A DNA stretch of 63,357 nucleotides, the filler included, from Craspedostauros australis (taxonomy: Eukaryota): assembly GCA_030167865.1 (NCBI GenBank). It is 4 parts of 4 records of this genome, joined end to end, with 100 filler letters (N's around TTAATTAATTAA, not from the genome) between each part and the next. Parts side by side here need not be neighbours in the genome. Positions count along the whole stretch, not along the records: positions 1 to 24,412 come from JALAGF010001260.1; 3 more parts are not named here. The stretch is one strand, 5' to 3'. The position numbers were made by a program, and so were the translations under genes. Shown here piece by piece: positions 11,931 through 24,512 of this stretch (position 1 is its first letter; every line of letters begins with the position of its first letter). The notes under the pieces were generated by a model, which was given only the letters and a program-made list of their open reading frames with translations, made no database searches and was not told where the DNA came from.

Positions 11931-13544
11931 GAACACGGTAGGACTCCTCGGCCTCTCCAGCTGATCGTGATCGTGATGCTGGAGGATCAGTATCAGCGTT
12001 TGTGTCAGCAACGACGTTCGCTGTTGCTGCTGTGGATGGAACTCCTCTAGTCGTACTCTGCTACTATTCGTACGATCAGGCGTGCAGCTGCGCAGTTGTG
12101 TTGGCATCCACTCGCGCAGACGGCATCGATCGCAGCGTCGTCCTCCCTCCCCTCACAACGCGCTTGCGATTGTTGCAATAGTTGCTGTTGCTCCAACGTA
12201 TTGATGTATCGATGTATCGATGTATTGGAATAGTATGATAGTATGATAGTAAGGTAGTATAGATCGGAGAGTAGAGTATTGGAATAGAGAGTCCTCGTAC
12301 TGGTGCTCCTTGTCTTGGTACTCTTTGTATTGGTGCGATCTACGCTGTCCACTCCCAGAGTCGCAGAGGCACAACCTCCCCTCGATCAATCCCGGAGAGG
12401 CTGAGGTGTTGGCGTTGTCGTCGTTGCTCTCGTGTGATGCCCACCGCGCGCAATGTCGGACAGGGACAATGGAGATCGCACAGAGAGAGCGGAGAGCAGA
12501 GTGCGCAACAGAACCACCGACTCCACAAGAGCACGTCTCTCTCTCTTCTTTGTCCCCAACAACTTGGTTTCTCCGTGGTGATTGTTCGGCGTCGTGGTTG
12601 TTGTCGCCACTTCCCCCCTTTGTCGATGCCTGTGTCGATGGTCTTATCTGTTGGGAGCCAGTCAGTTCGTTCCCTTCCTCTCTGTCTTGTTCCACCTCTC
12701 CCAGAATTCAAACTCTTCCAGCACCGACACCCTTGCTTCGATGCGACCGACAACTTGGTTTGGCCCAATCCTCCGCCGCGGTGTTTCTGCCACTCCAAAA
12801 GAACGGAATGCTCGCCGTCCACCCCTCGTTGGGAACAGTCGGACGGCGCAAGCGAGGAAGGAAGTTTGCGGGTCTTGGCGCTTCCGCACAACGGCAGTTG
12901 TCATGGTCATGTCCAATCGTCATCTCCACACAATTCCACCGCGTACCACCACGATCAACACCAACGGCAAACGTGACGTGCGCACAACAGTTTTGCAAAA
13001 AAGGAAGTTTCATTTTCCGTTGTGAGACGCACAACACTTATCCGGGATCAAGATTGGGGCTATCAACACATATGCCCATATGCGTCGCATGCATGTCTCA
13101 AGGGACAATCGATACAATTCAAGACCCACTTGGTTCATCTTTGGGCCTCATCGAAGGATAAATAAGCCATCATCAATGATCCAGCATTCATCGGACATTG
13201 CGATTGGCCGAATCCCGTTTTCGTATTGCGTGACATTCTTGTGGTCGGAGTATTCCAGCGAAAACACAATTTTGAATCTGGCGGTTGTGCTTCTTGCCAA
13301 ACAACATCAACAAATCCAAAAACGGATCGACCATGGCGACATGAACATCCCCTTCCGCCGTTTTCTCGTCTCCAACCACCTGGCCGCTCTGCGTTCCTGA
13401 ACATAGGTACATAGGTATGCATAATACATCAGCTCGCCGCCGCCCCACTGCTCCACCGATCTCGCCACATCCTTCTTCCATCACGCCAGAGCCGCCATTC
13501 ACACACCACCAGGTGGGCGTGCGTATCCATTGCTGCGAGTAACC

Positions 13545-15785
13545 ATGGCGGAACCACCATCGCCAGCATCGGCTCAACCACCGGCCCAAGCCGCAGCGCC
13601 ACCGGCGGACTGGAGATCGGAAGTGCTGCTGTCGTACCGCAACAACGAAGTGCGCGAGATCTCCAAGGTCCTGGCGGCGCTGGAACCCGACGCGACGCCG
13701 CAATCCAAGCTCTCGCTGGCCATGCGGTTCGAGGATGGCATGTTCAAGTCGGCCTCGTCGTTGACAGATTACAAGAAGAAGATCACGAAGCGCCTCAAGA
13801 AGCTGCAGAAGAATTACGTCCCACCACCCGACAAGGATCCCTCCGCGCCCAAGGACAAGGAGGCGCTCGAGAAGGAACGCGAGGCTCTTCTGTTGCGGCT
13901 GCAGCAGAAATGGGGCGAGCCGTTGCGGTACATCCATCAGCATGCCGACACGGCCGTCGCCGAGATCCGCAAGCGTATGGGCGATGAGCGCGCCACGCAG
14001 CTGGAGCAGCACACGAAGAGCGCCACGCAATGGGCCATGGATCTAGGCGTTCTGGATAAGGGATCCATGCAACGGCAGGCCACGATAGCCGCGGCGAAGG
14101 CCAAAGCGGCGGCCGCCAAGGAAAAAGAAAAGGCTAAAGCCAAATCAACAAAGCCGACGACCAAACCATCATCATCATCATCATCGACGCCACCCAAACT
14201 GAGCGTGGATCATCTCAAGCGCATCGAGCAGCATCTCGAACGCCGTGTGGACAACATCCGCAACTACGTCGTCAAGCACGCCCAACCGGACGTGTTCCTG
14301 GTCGAGACCTTGGTCAAGAGAGATTCGGAGCTGGCGGAACGCCCCATCAAGATGCTGGGCGTCAACTTGCGCAAGAGGATGGAGCAGATCCAGAAGTACA
14401 AGCTCAACGAGACGCAGCTCTTGCAGACCTCGCTGGAGAAGGCCGCGACGCCCGTGCCGCCACCCACGCGCAATCGTGACAACGACAAGCAGGCGTCGTT
14501 GCTGCATCTGGATCGAATGCGCGCCGCGTCGGCTGCCGTGCTCGCCTACCTGTCCCACACCAATCGCACCACGGCGCCCAAGGACACCTTGCAAAAATCG
14601 CACGCGGTCGCCACGGAGGGCGTTGCCTTCATTCAGTCCTACATGGCCAAGATCAAGAAGCAGAAGGAAGCGGTCGCGAAACAACGTCAGCTATTGTCCG
14701 GATCGTCCGGGGATGCTGCGACCAACGCCGATGGCGAGAAGGTGACGAGCATTGCGGAGTTGTGCTCCTTGCAGGATGCCTGGAATAAGGTGATGGAACT
14801 GCCGCAGGAGATTGATGACGCGGCACCGTCAACGGCCGATGATGGCATGGCAGCTTTGGGTGGGGCGTCTGCTGCGGAATCCGGCAATGGCAGCCACACT
14901 CCACCGTCCGACAGAGAAGGGGACCCCGCCAAGCGACGCAAACTCAATGACCAAACATCAACGTCGGTCGTCCCATCAGCTACATCAGCATCAGCGTCAG
15001 GATCGTCACCTTCACATCCTCCCATCATCAAAACAAAGGTGCTGCTGGCTCCAAACCGGCGAGTGCCACCCAATTTGGTTGCAGCATTGAAACGCAAGCA
15101 GGCGAAGCTTGTGCGGCCGCCACCATCCGGCATGGGTTCGCACATAGTGCTTGGATTCGGAACGGCGTTCACGATGACCATCTACTTGTCGCCGTTGCTC
15201 GTTTGTCTCCGAGCCATGACGAGGGACGAGAAGGAGAATGCCATCAAGACGCATCTTCGCAGCACGGCGAAGAAGGCGTCAGACGCAGCTGCAGATCAAG
15301 CGTCGCTTGCTGTTGGTTCCATGCTGGATTCTGGCATCACGAGACTCCGGTTGCTGTCGCACGGGCTGGTGGACCAGCAGAAGGGAGAAGCAGGATCATC
15401 GACTCAACGCAGCACTGCCACACCCGCGTCCAACCAACAAACAATGACTATTCAACGCCCCAAGCAGCTTCGCAAGTCCAAGGCAGCCGCAGGCTCATCG
15501 TCCACCATCGGAGGAGCCGGTGCATCGGCATCCGCCCTGTCCGAACTCACCGTCTGGGGCGTCACGGGGTCTTACGATTCTATCGGTCACGTCGTCGAAG
15601 AACGTCTGCGCGATGCGTCGATGCGTTGCACGAGCGTGCTGAGACAGTGCTTCGGCAACACGATCAAGAACGGCAACGGAAGCGACTTTGAAATCGAGAT
15701 TCTCGAGGCAACCGCTTTGCTCGAATTCTTACAGGTCGCGAGGAGCACTTACAATCCGGGCTGGAAAGATCAGGAGGATGACTGA
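13545..15785 (+). CDS. KIX-domain protein, Mediator subunit Med15-like
   Basis: N-terminal DWRSEV..YRNNEVREISKVL..LAMRFEDGMFKSASSLTDYKKKITKRLKKLQ matches the plant Med15-type KIX (KIX_2) pattern DWR..R..I...A..FE...F..A.S..DY...I..KL. Single 746-aa ORF. Confidence 0.7.
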   Translation: MAEPPSPASAQPPAQAAAPPADWRSEVLLSYRNNEVREISKVLAALEPDATPQSKLSLAMRFEDGMFKSASSLTDYKKKITKRLKKLQKNYVPPPDKDPSAPKDKEALEKEREALLLRLQQKWGEPLRYIHQHADTAVAEIRKRMGDERATQLEQHTKSATQWAMDLGVLDKGSMQRQATIAAAKAKAAAAKEKEKAKAKSTKPTTKPSSSSSSTPPKLSVDHLKRIEQHLERRVDNIRNYVVKHAQPDVFLVETLVKRDSELAERPIKMLGVNLRKRMEQIQKYKLNETQLLQTSLEKAATPVPPPTRNRDNDKQASLLHLDRMRAASAAVLAYLSHTNRTTAPKDTLQKSHAVATEGVAFIQSYMAKIKKQKEAVAKQRQLLSGSSGDAATNADGEKVTSIAELCSLQDAWNKVMELPQEIDDAAPSTADDGMAALGGASAAESGNGSHTPPSDREGDPAKRRKLNDQTSTSVVPSATSASASGSSPSHPPIIKTKVLLAPNRRVPPNLVAALKRKQAKLVRPPPSGMGSHIVLGFGTAFTMTIYLSPLLVCLRAMTRDEKENAIKTHLRSTAKKASDAAADQASLAVGSMLDSGITRLRLLSHGLVDQQKGEAGSSTQRSTATPASNQQTMTIQRPKQLRKSKAAAGSSSTIGGAGASASALSELTVWGVTGSYDSIGHVVEERLRDASMRCTSVLRQCFGNTIKNGNGSDFEIEILEATALLEFLQVARSTYNPGWKDQEDD

Positions 15786-18700
15786 AGCGGTGATTCGTTG
15801 CGGATGGCTACTACTTCTGTACTCTTTGCTCATAGCGCTTGTCGTATCCGGTAGGTACGAGCCATGGTAGAACATCGTTGATTTCCGCGCACCACAAATA
15901 TGATCCTTTTCTTTCAGCTGTCTTCTGCGCCTGCCACCCAACACATGATACTCCCTATCTCATGTTTGTGCAATACGCGTCGAGCACTGGTATCAGCAAT
16001 TGCAATTCATGCATTGGCACGTATTATACAAGCGAAGAAGAGACCTGTCGAGACACCGCCTGCGTCAAAATTGGCACCATGGCTCGTACTACCCACGCAA
16101 CATGATCACCCCTTTCGAGAGAGAGAGAAAGTTCGCTCATGTTTCCCTCTTCTGTCCAGGCTGATCAAGAGGGGACATCATTCATCCATGCGAGATACGA
16201 GCATGTACGGCTATGGTATGCGGGGTGTGTGATGCGAATAAGAAGATGACGGCCATGGTCGCCGCCCAATTGATCCAGTCTTGGCACTCGTGGTATGGGC
16301 CCACAAAAGCGAACGGCAAGAGTGTTGCCTTTGCGGTTTTCCCTGCAAGGGGCCATGGGATTCGCAGCGACAGCCATGTGCCTCGCCACCAAATCCTATC
16401 GTCCTGTGGGCATGCCCACCGTCGCTGGTCGTATGAGGATACTCATGGACATTCTACTCCATCAGCCCCGGGCCTCGGGTGGAATAAAAACGGCATTGAA
16501 GACAATGGAATGCCTGTTGGCCCTTGCCCACTAGGCGACCTCCGACAACAGCAGGTGCATGTCCAACCTACTCACATTCATGCATGTAGACACAACCAAA
16601 GTACATTCGAGTAGGCGATGGCTGTTTGAACAGATAACCATGCGTCAACAAATCTCGTCGACAGTTCAGAATGATGGCAGTGTCTCGTGTTTCTCCCGCC
16701 TTCCTGGACCTCGTTGGATGATTTCGACGACGATTATAACGCCGGAGTACGATCTAGTCCACGACCCTCTTGATACCCAAGGGGAGGTGGATGAAGACGT
16801 TTCGGTTTGCGCGGGTGGTGTTACTGAACCGCGAGCATCTCCTTGGGCCATGCGGGTGCCCACGCCCCAGGGGAGAGAACCTCAGCCGCTCGACTTGACA
16901 TCGCAACATGGCTCGTCGCGACCTGAGGACAAACAGGGACGCAAGACGAGTTGCCAAACTGCGATTCCCCTTGTTGGAACATGGATACCGATGGGCGGAT
17001 AATGAGACTCCTTTCCTTTCAACCATGACCTCATCGTGGGAGATTCTGTGCAAGTACCGTGTGTAAGAATCGCGTACGCCAGTTTGGAATGGGCAGGGGC
17101 ACAAGAGCCCCTCGGTTCGCAGCCCGGTTCTTCTTGCATTGACTTTGCATTGCACAAGTGTGTCTGAAAATGTAGGTTGACGATTCTTTGCCTCGTTTTC
17201 GCCTTCTTTCATCGTTCCCTTGAGTTCGTCGTTCACGATGAGCAACTCTTCGGTGCCATGGCCATTGCGGCACCATAAGTGAAGAAGCGAAGTGCAGTAA
17301 CACAAGTTGAGTCTTCGCCAAGAAGCTCCCCTCGTTGGTGTTCCACGCACCTAAGAGTATCCATGCGTGACCACAACTCCACTCTTCTCCCTTCTCAGTT
17401 CACCGGTCTCGCATAGTACTTGTGGGCTCGAAAAGAAAAAGAGGCCGCAACATGTAATACCGACTCTACGACCTACTGTACTCTACTACTTACTGTACTC
17501 CACTACCCACCCCATAGATACTTCGCGGAGTGGATGATACTCTTGTGAGAAGTACTGGTATGTACCCGCGCCCTCATCCACCATCAGGAGGGTGGCACGA
17601 ATGTGCGCTTGTACCGCCTCCACAAATTCACGAGAAGGTTGCCGACCAAATATTTCCCTTCTGGCTTCACAGTCCCAAAGGAGAACAGAGATCTGTTCAC
17701 CCCAAAGCACAACGAATCCATGTGACATTTGTTGGAGCGCAACTTTTCCAACGAAGAGACATTGCGCAGAAGATCACGCTCACACAGAAGCCAGGGGCAG
17801 AAGATTGCTATTCGTACATTCTTGGACTAAAAGACGATCAAGACCTCTGACCAATTGACGGCGTGGTACCATCATCGTCCGCGCTCGTGCGTATCGTTTG
17901 CTGATACGACTTTTGGCCCAAGCACCCGCCTCTGTCTGTTCCCATTCCTGGGCGTAAAATAGGAGCACGAGGTGGCTTCTTGCACTCGCAAATATGCACG
18001 TACCATACAAGCACGAATGCATGGCGCATGATACATCGCAAGGTTGAAGAGACACGATGAGATTGGAGCGGCCCCAGGGGGGCGAGTGTACGGACGAAAC
18101 GGCCACGAAGGGGCACCTCCTTGTTCGGAAGACCAAGGGACGAATTGTGCGCAAAAAGTGACAGGATTGGCATGCCAAACAGCATGTGTACACGTCGTCG
18201 TCTGGACAAAGAACGAGCGCGGCTCTGTCCCTCCAACGCTTCCCGGCGCTCCCCACATTGGATCCGATCTGCCTCGCCGGAGTGCTTCGACTGCACTGGG
18301 ACAATGCTTCTTGCAGAGGACTCCGATCTGGAACGTGAAAGGCGGCGAAAAGTAGAATATCGTCTTTCGATCAACTCCAAGGGGCATGTGAATGGGCAGG
18401 CGAATAGAGTAAAACGATTGGACTGTCTCGTCATACTGCATCACCCAGATGAGTGCGATGTACACTACGACCTATAGCATAGATCTGCAAGAGGGGGGAT
18501 ATGCCACACTGGTGCACATGAGGGTATGGTTCGCGTACAACTCGTTGCGAGCAGACGGTTATCCACGTCAACAGGGGTGGCTATCCTCCAAGTTGCGCAA
18601 AGTCATAGAGAGTAGCACCTCGGATGGTTGGATACATGCACCGCGTGACTTTGATCGTCGTTTGTCTAGCTCGGTCGGAGAACTCTTCTGGTTGAATGAT

Positions 18701-21288
18701 CTCAAGTTTTCGAGGTGACTTGGAGGTGGCGTTTGGCGACTTCGATGCCCTTCTTGGAATAGGTCATGCATGTACCAGAGAAACGGACACCCCGCAAGGA
18801 GGCCTATCGATCCAGAGACTCTCTTTCGTCCCCAGTTTTCCTGCGTGTGCCGAGAAGTAAAGACTACGCTCGATTTGAATGAATGTGATCAACGAGTAAT
18901 ACCCCTATTCACACCCGCAATGAGAGAGAGAGAGAGAGCGAACAAGATCGAAAGCAAGACACATGTCTGTATAGTAGCACGGCTGCCGACGAGGACCTAT
19001 CAACGAGTGCCATGGCCCGCCTTGGCTATTGCCGCCCTGAACACAAGCCATGCAGCTTGATTGCAAAGCGTCCCCTTGTGCAATTCTCCCTGCGGCACTA
19101 CGCCGAGCGACGGAAACCTTCGTATCCGTCAGCAGGTCTCGTCATTAGCTGGTGCCGGCTCAAGGAGATGTCAATGGCCAATGGCATGGCGTCGTGCAGT
19201 ACACACATCTAATGCTGATGCCATATGTGCATGGGCATTACATGTAGGGCCGTGATAATAACTGGCAATATGTCAGGTGGGTGGAGTGTGCGAGCGCAGA
19301 GCAGTGCCAGCGGCTGTATCCCCCCTTTCGTTCCATGTCGAGCATTTCATATCCTATTTCGCCCCTGTTGTCATAGTCGTATGCTCCAAATTGATATGAC
19401 CACGAAAGGCGGTTTCGCTACGGGCGGGGGCTTACCTGTTGACTCTGCCCTGACCGATCATTCAATGCACGACCATTCCACCAATCCAGCCCTGGAGCAG
19501 CTCGTAGTTGTGTGGTTGGTCCGGCACAGGGAAGCCTGAGACAGTATGCCCACACAAAACGAACGGGATTTGTGAGACTGAACGAAGAACCTCACGGGGT
19601 GATGTTGACGTCGACGAGATGAAACGACGCAAAATGTGAAAGAATGGAGAGACGAAGAGCTTTGGGCGTTGAGAGTATCGAACAGCATCTTTACGATTGC
19701 CTTGCCTTTCGTGGCGACGAGTCCACAGGGAACGCAACCCGAGGCTTGCCAGCGTCGGTATCGGCTAGGCTACGAGTATGACCCAGAACAGCGTGGCCGA
19801 ACAACATCTGGCCTGTTTGGAGGTTTTGCGTTCTCTCCTTTGCGGTTTCTCCGCCAAGAGGCGGTGGCGGATGAGAATGTGATTTTGTTTTGCCAACCAC
19901 CCATTTACTCTACTCTACTGTACAATTCCACCTGTGCTGAGTTCGACATGGTCATCAGCAACAACAACGCGAGCAACGCATGAGACAATTGTGAGCGACA
20001 CAGGTCTTTACGACCACAAAGTTGCTCCAACCACGACATTCGCCTCGCCTTTGTCAAGCCGGTTGACATTTTGGCCGTGGTTTGGAACAACGACGCTTTC
20101 GACCCATTCACAGTCAAGGAACCTTGGTACTGGCCCAGGTAGTAGAGGTTCTCCTTGATGGAGCTTAATTGTCAAGGTGCCACCCAAAGATGGGAAAGAG
20201 GAATGCTGTGACTCCGCCCCAGAGTGCTGTTGCGTCGGAAGCCTTTTTCCGTGGGTGTTTGCTACGCGTATTCGTAGAGTACCGCTTTGTGTGTTGGCGC
20301 TTCCGCGCGAAATGATTGCGTCTGCTCTCCACTGTGGCATCCTCAGCTGTCATCGTTGAAGCTGTCCCCATGGCGACACAATCACGCAGCACAATCACGC
20401 AATGAGCGAAGATTGATTTAAGCGGCGGAAATGGCACAAAGCCTGCATCTTTCACTTCACAAAATGTCCACTGGGGGTTGAATGCAAACCTCTATCTCTC
20501 GTTTCGGCAGCCACATTCGATCTCATGGAGGATGGCGCCTGGTTCTACAGGCTTCGCGGACATCATATGTGCCAAAAGAAGCCTTTCGTCATCACGCTAC
20601 TACCTATCTTCTTCCTCTGCTCGAAGGGTGCCGTTTGGAACATGGTTTACTTCCACTCATTCTCGCTTGTTTCCTCTTCCGTCCAACCCTCGGCCCTTCC
20701 GTTGAGACGACACCGCTTCGGAGCCGGGCACAACTGGTTGGACAGTCACAGTCACACTCCTGCCATCGCCGCCATCACCATCCGCCAAGAACTCCAGCAC
20801 CAGCATCAGCACCAGTATCAGCAAAACAGAAGAAGAGAAGAGAAGACACTCCACCAAACAAAAAGTCCCGCCCGAACGAATGGATGGACCGATACATGAC
20901 CCACTCTGGGCTCATTCCGCTCCCGGCGCTACCGCCTCTGACGGTGGTCTTGGTGTGGTGTCCAAAACAAGACCGAGCTCTTTGAGGTTCTCATACCCAT
21001 CGTGTGTGTACATGTGCGCTTGGCAGTACTTCCAATTGTACTTCCAGGGATCAAAAGACGGCCACCGCATACTCACCATAGCTCGTGCCCGACTGGCTGC
21101 GATATCATTTTTATCTTCGGCAAGGTGAAGTGCGCACAACTGTGATAGTCCCACAAAAAAGAAACACCACCAAACATCAGACAAAAGGCAGCAAGGTTGC
21201 AACCGAAAACGACAGGCAGCGGACAGTACGATTCAACTGCTCCACAATCACGACAACGACGACGACGACGACAACAACGACGATAGAG

Positions 21289-23121
21289 ATGGGAACGCAG
21301 ATCTTGCACGCCCAGATCCCGGCAATGGTCCATCACAGGAGCTACAGTAGTGATACGCGCGCCAGCTCAAGCATCAGCGCCAGCACCAACCTCGGCATCG
21401 GCGCCGACACTAATATCAACACCAACGCCAGCATCATCAAAAGCATCAGCCACATCCAGACCCATTTCATGAGCTTTGCTGGGATGAATCGGCAGCAACA
21501 AGAATACGAGTACATGGCGGCCACAGCACCACGCGGAAGCCGCGGGACGGAAACGCAAGGGAAACGCAAACACGAGGATGGCCTGCCACAGACCCACGTC
21601 GATGACGTTGCTCTCAACATCGATGCGTGGTCGGCTGGAGATCTCTTTGCAATCAGCTGTGGTCCTCATGAACTTGGCAGCATTCATCCTGGCCAAGTCG
21701 TATGCCAAGATGCAGACCTGGCAATTAGCAACAGCAACAGGAGCAGCGTTGACGGCAGTGACTGGAAGAAGCGCCGCACAACGGCGAAGGAAATGTCAAG
21801 TACCGATGTTATGCCCGTTGCCGCTCTATCCAGTGGCGTGGCCTTGGAAAACCACTATGCCATGAGCGGAGACAAGGCCATCGCCAAAGAACTAAGCGAT
21901 CTCACAGCGGCAGAGCGAGAGCAGATTTTGCACGATCTGCATGCAGTGGCCCCAGGAATCGAGGTCGCAGACACGATGGTCACCAGGAAGCTTCGGCAGT
22001 TGCAGCTTCGGCTGGAGGGTATCAAGGACAAGAAAGATTACGAGAAGGCTCTCTTCCTCAACCCAACCTACGTCAGGTCAGAGAGATTCCAGCTGGCTTT
22101 TCTGAGGGCGGAAAGGCTTGACGCAGCGAGGGCGGCCAACAACATCGTGAGCCATTTCAAGCTGAAGCGCATACTCTTCGGTGTCGACAGCTTGAGCAGA
22201 GAGATCGTATGGGACGATCTGTCGCAAGAAGACAAACATGCATACCACCGACACGGATATGCTCTTCTGGGTTGTGACGTGGGCGGTCGAAGGATCATTG
22301 TCGGCAACGTTGTCGGCAACACCGGGCCCAACCGATCAATGGCCGCAGACAGAGCCGCATGGTTTTCTCTCATGCCCAGCATGCTGGATGACTGGAGCGT
22401 CCAGAAGCACGGAGCTGTCCTGATCGACACATGCCAGGACAGGTTCCCATCACCAGAGCACGAGGCGATGCATGCAGCCCAGCTCTCTAACACGCCTTCA
22501 CTCTTCAACGCAATTCCGTTTCGGGTTGCTGCAACGCATGTCTTCGTCCATGACGAACGATCTCAAACAGATCTACTCGTGCGCTCGGCCGTGTCCCTCC
22601 TCCCTCAACAGATCCGTCTGCGGCTGAGGCTCCACCATGGCTCTCCAAGCCAGTGCATGGATTCACTTAGATGCTTCGGCGTCACACCGGCCATGCTCCA
22701 GGTTGATGAAGACTTGAATTCCACGGGATCAACACTCAACAAGATGCTCGAGGAACAACTCCAAACTGCCGTTGCGAAGCAACAGAGGCAATCAACGATG
22801 GAGCGCAAGCTCTTCCCTCGTTCCATCGACATCGTCTGCGGCAGAGGCTTCCCCTACAGAACTTTCTCCGGAAACGTTCAGTTCTTAGGCTTCCTGCAAT
22901 CGTACAAGCAAGAGTACGGCACAGCAGGAAGCCAGTTTGCCAAGACAGCTATCACTGTCGAGATATTGCAGGTTGTGAAGGCAAAGGGCATCCGTTTCCT
23001 CAAGCGATGCGTCAACGGCGACTCATGGGAGGAAGTCCCCGACGACAGCGCGCGGATCAAGATTGCCATGACATTCCGCAACCTTTCCAGAAGACGTACA
23101 GGATCAGGCAGTGCCATCTAA
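21289..23121 (+). CDS. Diatom-type CRAL-TRIO-like domain plus C-terminal DUF6824-like domain protein (start uncertain)
   Basis: KELSDLTAAEREQILHDLH..YEKALFLNPTYV..FQLAFLRAERLDAARAA..HFKLKRILFG..REIVWDDL (CRAL-TRIO-N-like). C-terminal DIVCGRG..GNVQF..Y..KTAITVEILQVVK..GIRFLKR..WEEVPDDSARIKIAMTFRN (DUF6824-like). Confidence 0.75.
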   Translation: MGTQILHAQIPAMVHHRSYSSDTRASSSISASTNLGIGADTNINTNASIIKSISHIQTHFMSFAGMNRQQQEYEYMAATAPRGSRGTETQGKRKHEDGLPQTHVDDVALNIDAWSAGDLFAISCGPHELGSIHPGQVVCQDADLAISNSNRSSVDGSDWKKRRTTAKEMSSTDVMPVAALSSGVALENHYAMSGDKAIAKELSDLTAAEREQILHDLHAVAPGIEVADTMVTRKLRQLQLRLEGIKDKKDYEKALFLNPTYVRSERFQLAFLRAERLDAARAANNIVSHFKLKRILFGVDSLSREIVWDDLSQEDKHAYHRHGYALLGCDVGGRRIIVGNVVGNTGPNRSMAADRAAWFSLMPSMLDDWSVQKHGAVLIDTCQDRFPSPEHEAMHAAQLSNTPSLFNAIPFRVAATHVFVHDERSQTDLLVRSAVSLLPQQIRLRLRLHHGSPSQCMDSLRCFGVTPAMLQVDEDLNSTGSTLNKMLEEQLQTAVAKQQRQSTMERKLFPRSIDIVCGRGFPYRTFSGNVQFLGFLQSYKQEYGTAGSQFAKTAITVEILQVVKAKGIRFLKRCVNGDSWEEVPDDSARIKIAMTFRNLSRRRTGSGSAI

Positions 23122-24412
23122 CAGTCTGACCTTGTCCGTTCCCAATGTTCATCCTTTTTATAGTACCTCAGATGGACGATCGATCTACCAGCTGACCAGC
23201 CAACTCAATCACCCCATCCCACGCATTGCCATCCACGAACTTGGTTGCTTGGAGGTCGTATCATGCAGAGTAAAGTATACTCGTGCACCTCCATGCCATG
23301 CACCCAACCGTCGGTGCCGATGATTTTTTCTCAGATGGGCAGACATGTCAGGGGATTTTGCCAGTGTTTTGTGTGAGTGGATCGCGGCTGCTGTTGTAAT
23401 CAGTAATACATATTCCTCCGTTGTGAAATGATTTCCACTTATCTTTTTTGCGACATGTGGTGAGACACCAAAGACGTCATCAAAAGTGGGGGTTGCGGTA
23501 ACCAAATTTCCTGTTTTTAGTGACTCTTCCTTCCTTCGAAACTTGTGTGGTCGTCTCTGGTCTCTAGCGGTGCCAGGTACCACAGCAACAGACCGTGGTA
23601 CCATCCTGTGTGTCACTCGAACAGGTTTTTATCCCCGACGCGCTCCGCCCCTCCCCTCTGTTCGTGGATGTCTTCCCACAGTCATTCTTTGTTTTGTTTC
23701 GTGTTCGCCTGTTTCCTTGTGCTTTATCCACTCCGGAGTTGGGCTTGTCAAGTGCCTGGGCGGTCACGTCGAAGACCCTCTTTTCTGTTGTTTCCGTCAC
23801 ACCAGAGTTGCATTCGTGTGGTTTTCTGTTTGCGTCTGCTCATTGTCGCCAACTCGCCTTCAACACCCATGCGCATGCTACGGCCTTTTTCAGTCTCGTC
23901 CGATGCCACATATCCGTGCGGGTGCGACACAGTGGCTACAGTCAACATCCTGCAGCCTGTGCGCACCTTCCTCGTATCGGATCTCTGCAGTACCCTGTGA
24001 CTCTGCCTGTGCTTTCTCCCATGCAAATATTCCTTCCTGCTTCTATGCATGCCCAACCCCTGGCTCCGACGCCAGCAGCTATCCCATTTTTGTAGCCATT
24101 GCCTGCCTCTTTACTTTCTTGAATCTACAACAACACATGCGATTCATATAATAACTTCTAGATAACTGCTTCTCCATGGGACAAGTTCGGGTGCAGGCTG
24201 CTTTTGCTGCGTTCGACACCTCTCCAGGTTATTCTAATGTACTTGTAATTCGTGCTGCCTCACCGTTCTGTTTGCGATGTGAGGAATCTCTGATGTTGGA
24301 CGGACCATTCACGTGTCATACAAGCTGTGACATGTCCCATTCGGTGTGGTGTTACACCAGAGTAGTCGCAGTAATACCAAGAATAGCGCTCAGCAATACC
24401 ATCGACGTCTGC

Positions 24413-24512
24413 NNNNNNNNNNNNNNNNNNNNNNNNNNNNNNNNNNNNNNNNNNNNTTAATTAATTAANNNNNNNNNNNNNNNNNNNNNNNNNNNNNNNN
24501 NNNNNNNNNNNN
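24413..24512. other. Artificial contig-joining linker (N44-TTAATTAATTAA-N44)
   Basis: Exactly 100 nt; central 12-mer gives stops in all six frames; same layout at 36174 and 38543. Confidence 0.97.

Noticed and set aside
7603..12050. Long plus-strand ORFs (309, 296, 507 and 224 aa)
   Set aside because: Antisense shadows of the low-complexity minus-strand gene.
15900..21000. About 5 kb of short ORFs that might be a decayed gene or TE
   Set aside because: No motif I could support in any frame; needs tblastx.
24457..24468. TTAATTAATTAA palindrome recurring three times (also 36218 and 38587)
   Set aside because: Always centred in exactly 100-nt N blocks; an assembly linker, not a biological repeat or piggyBac target site.
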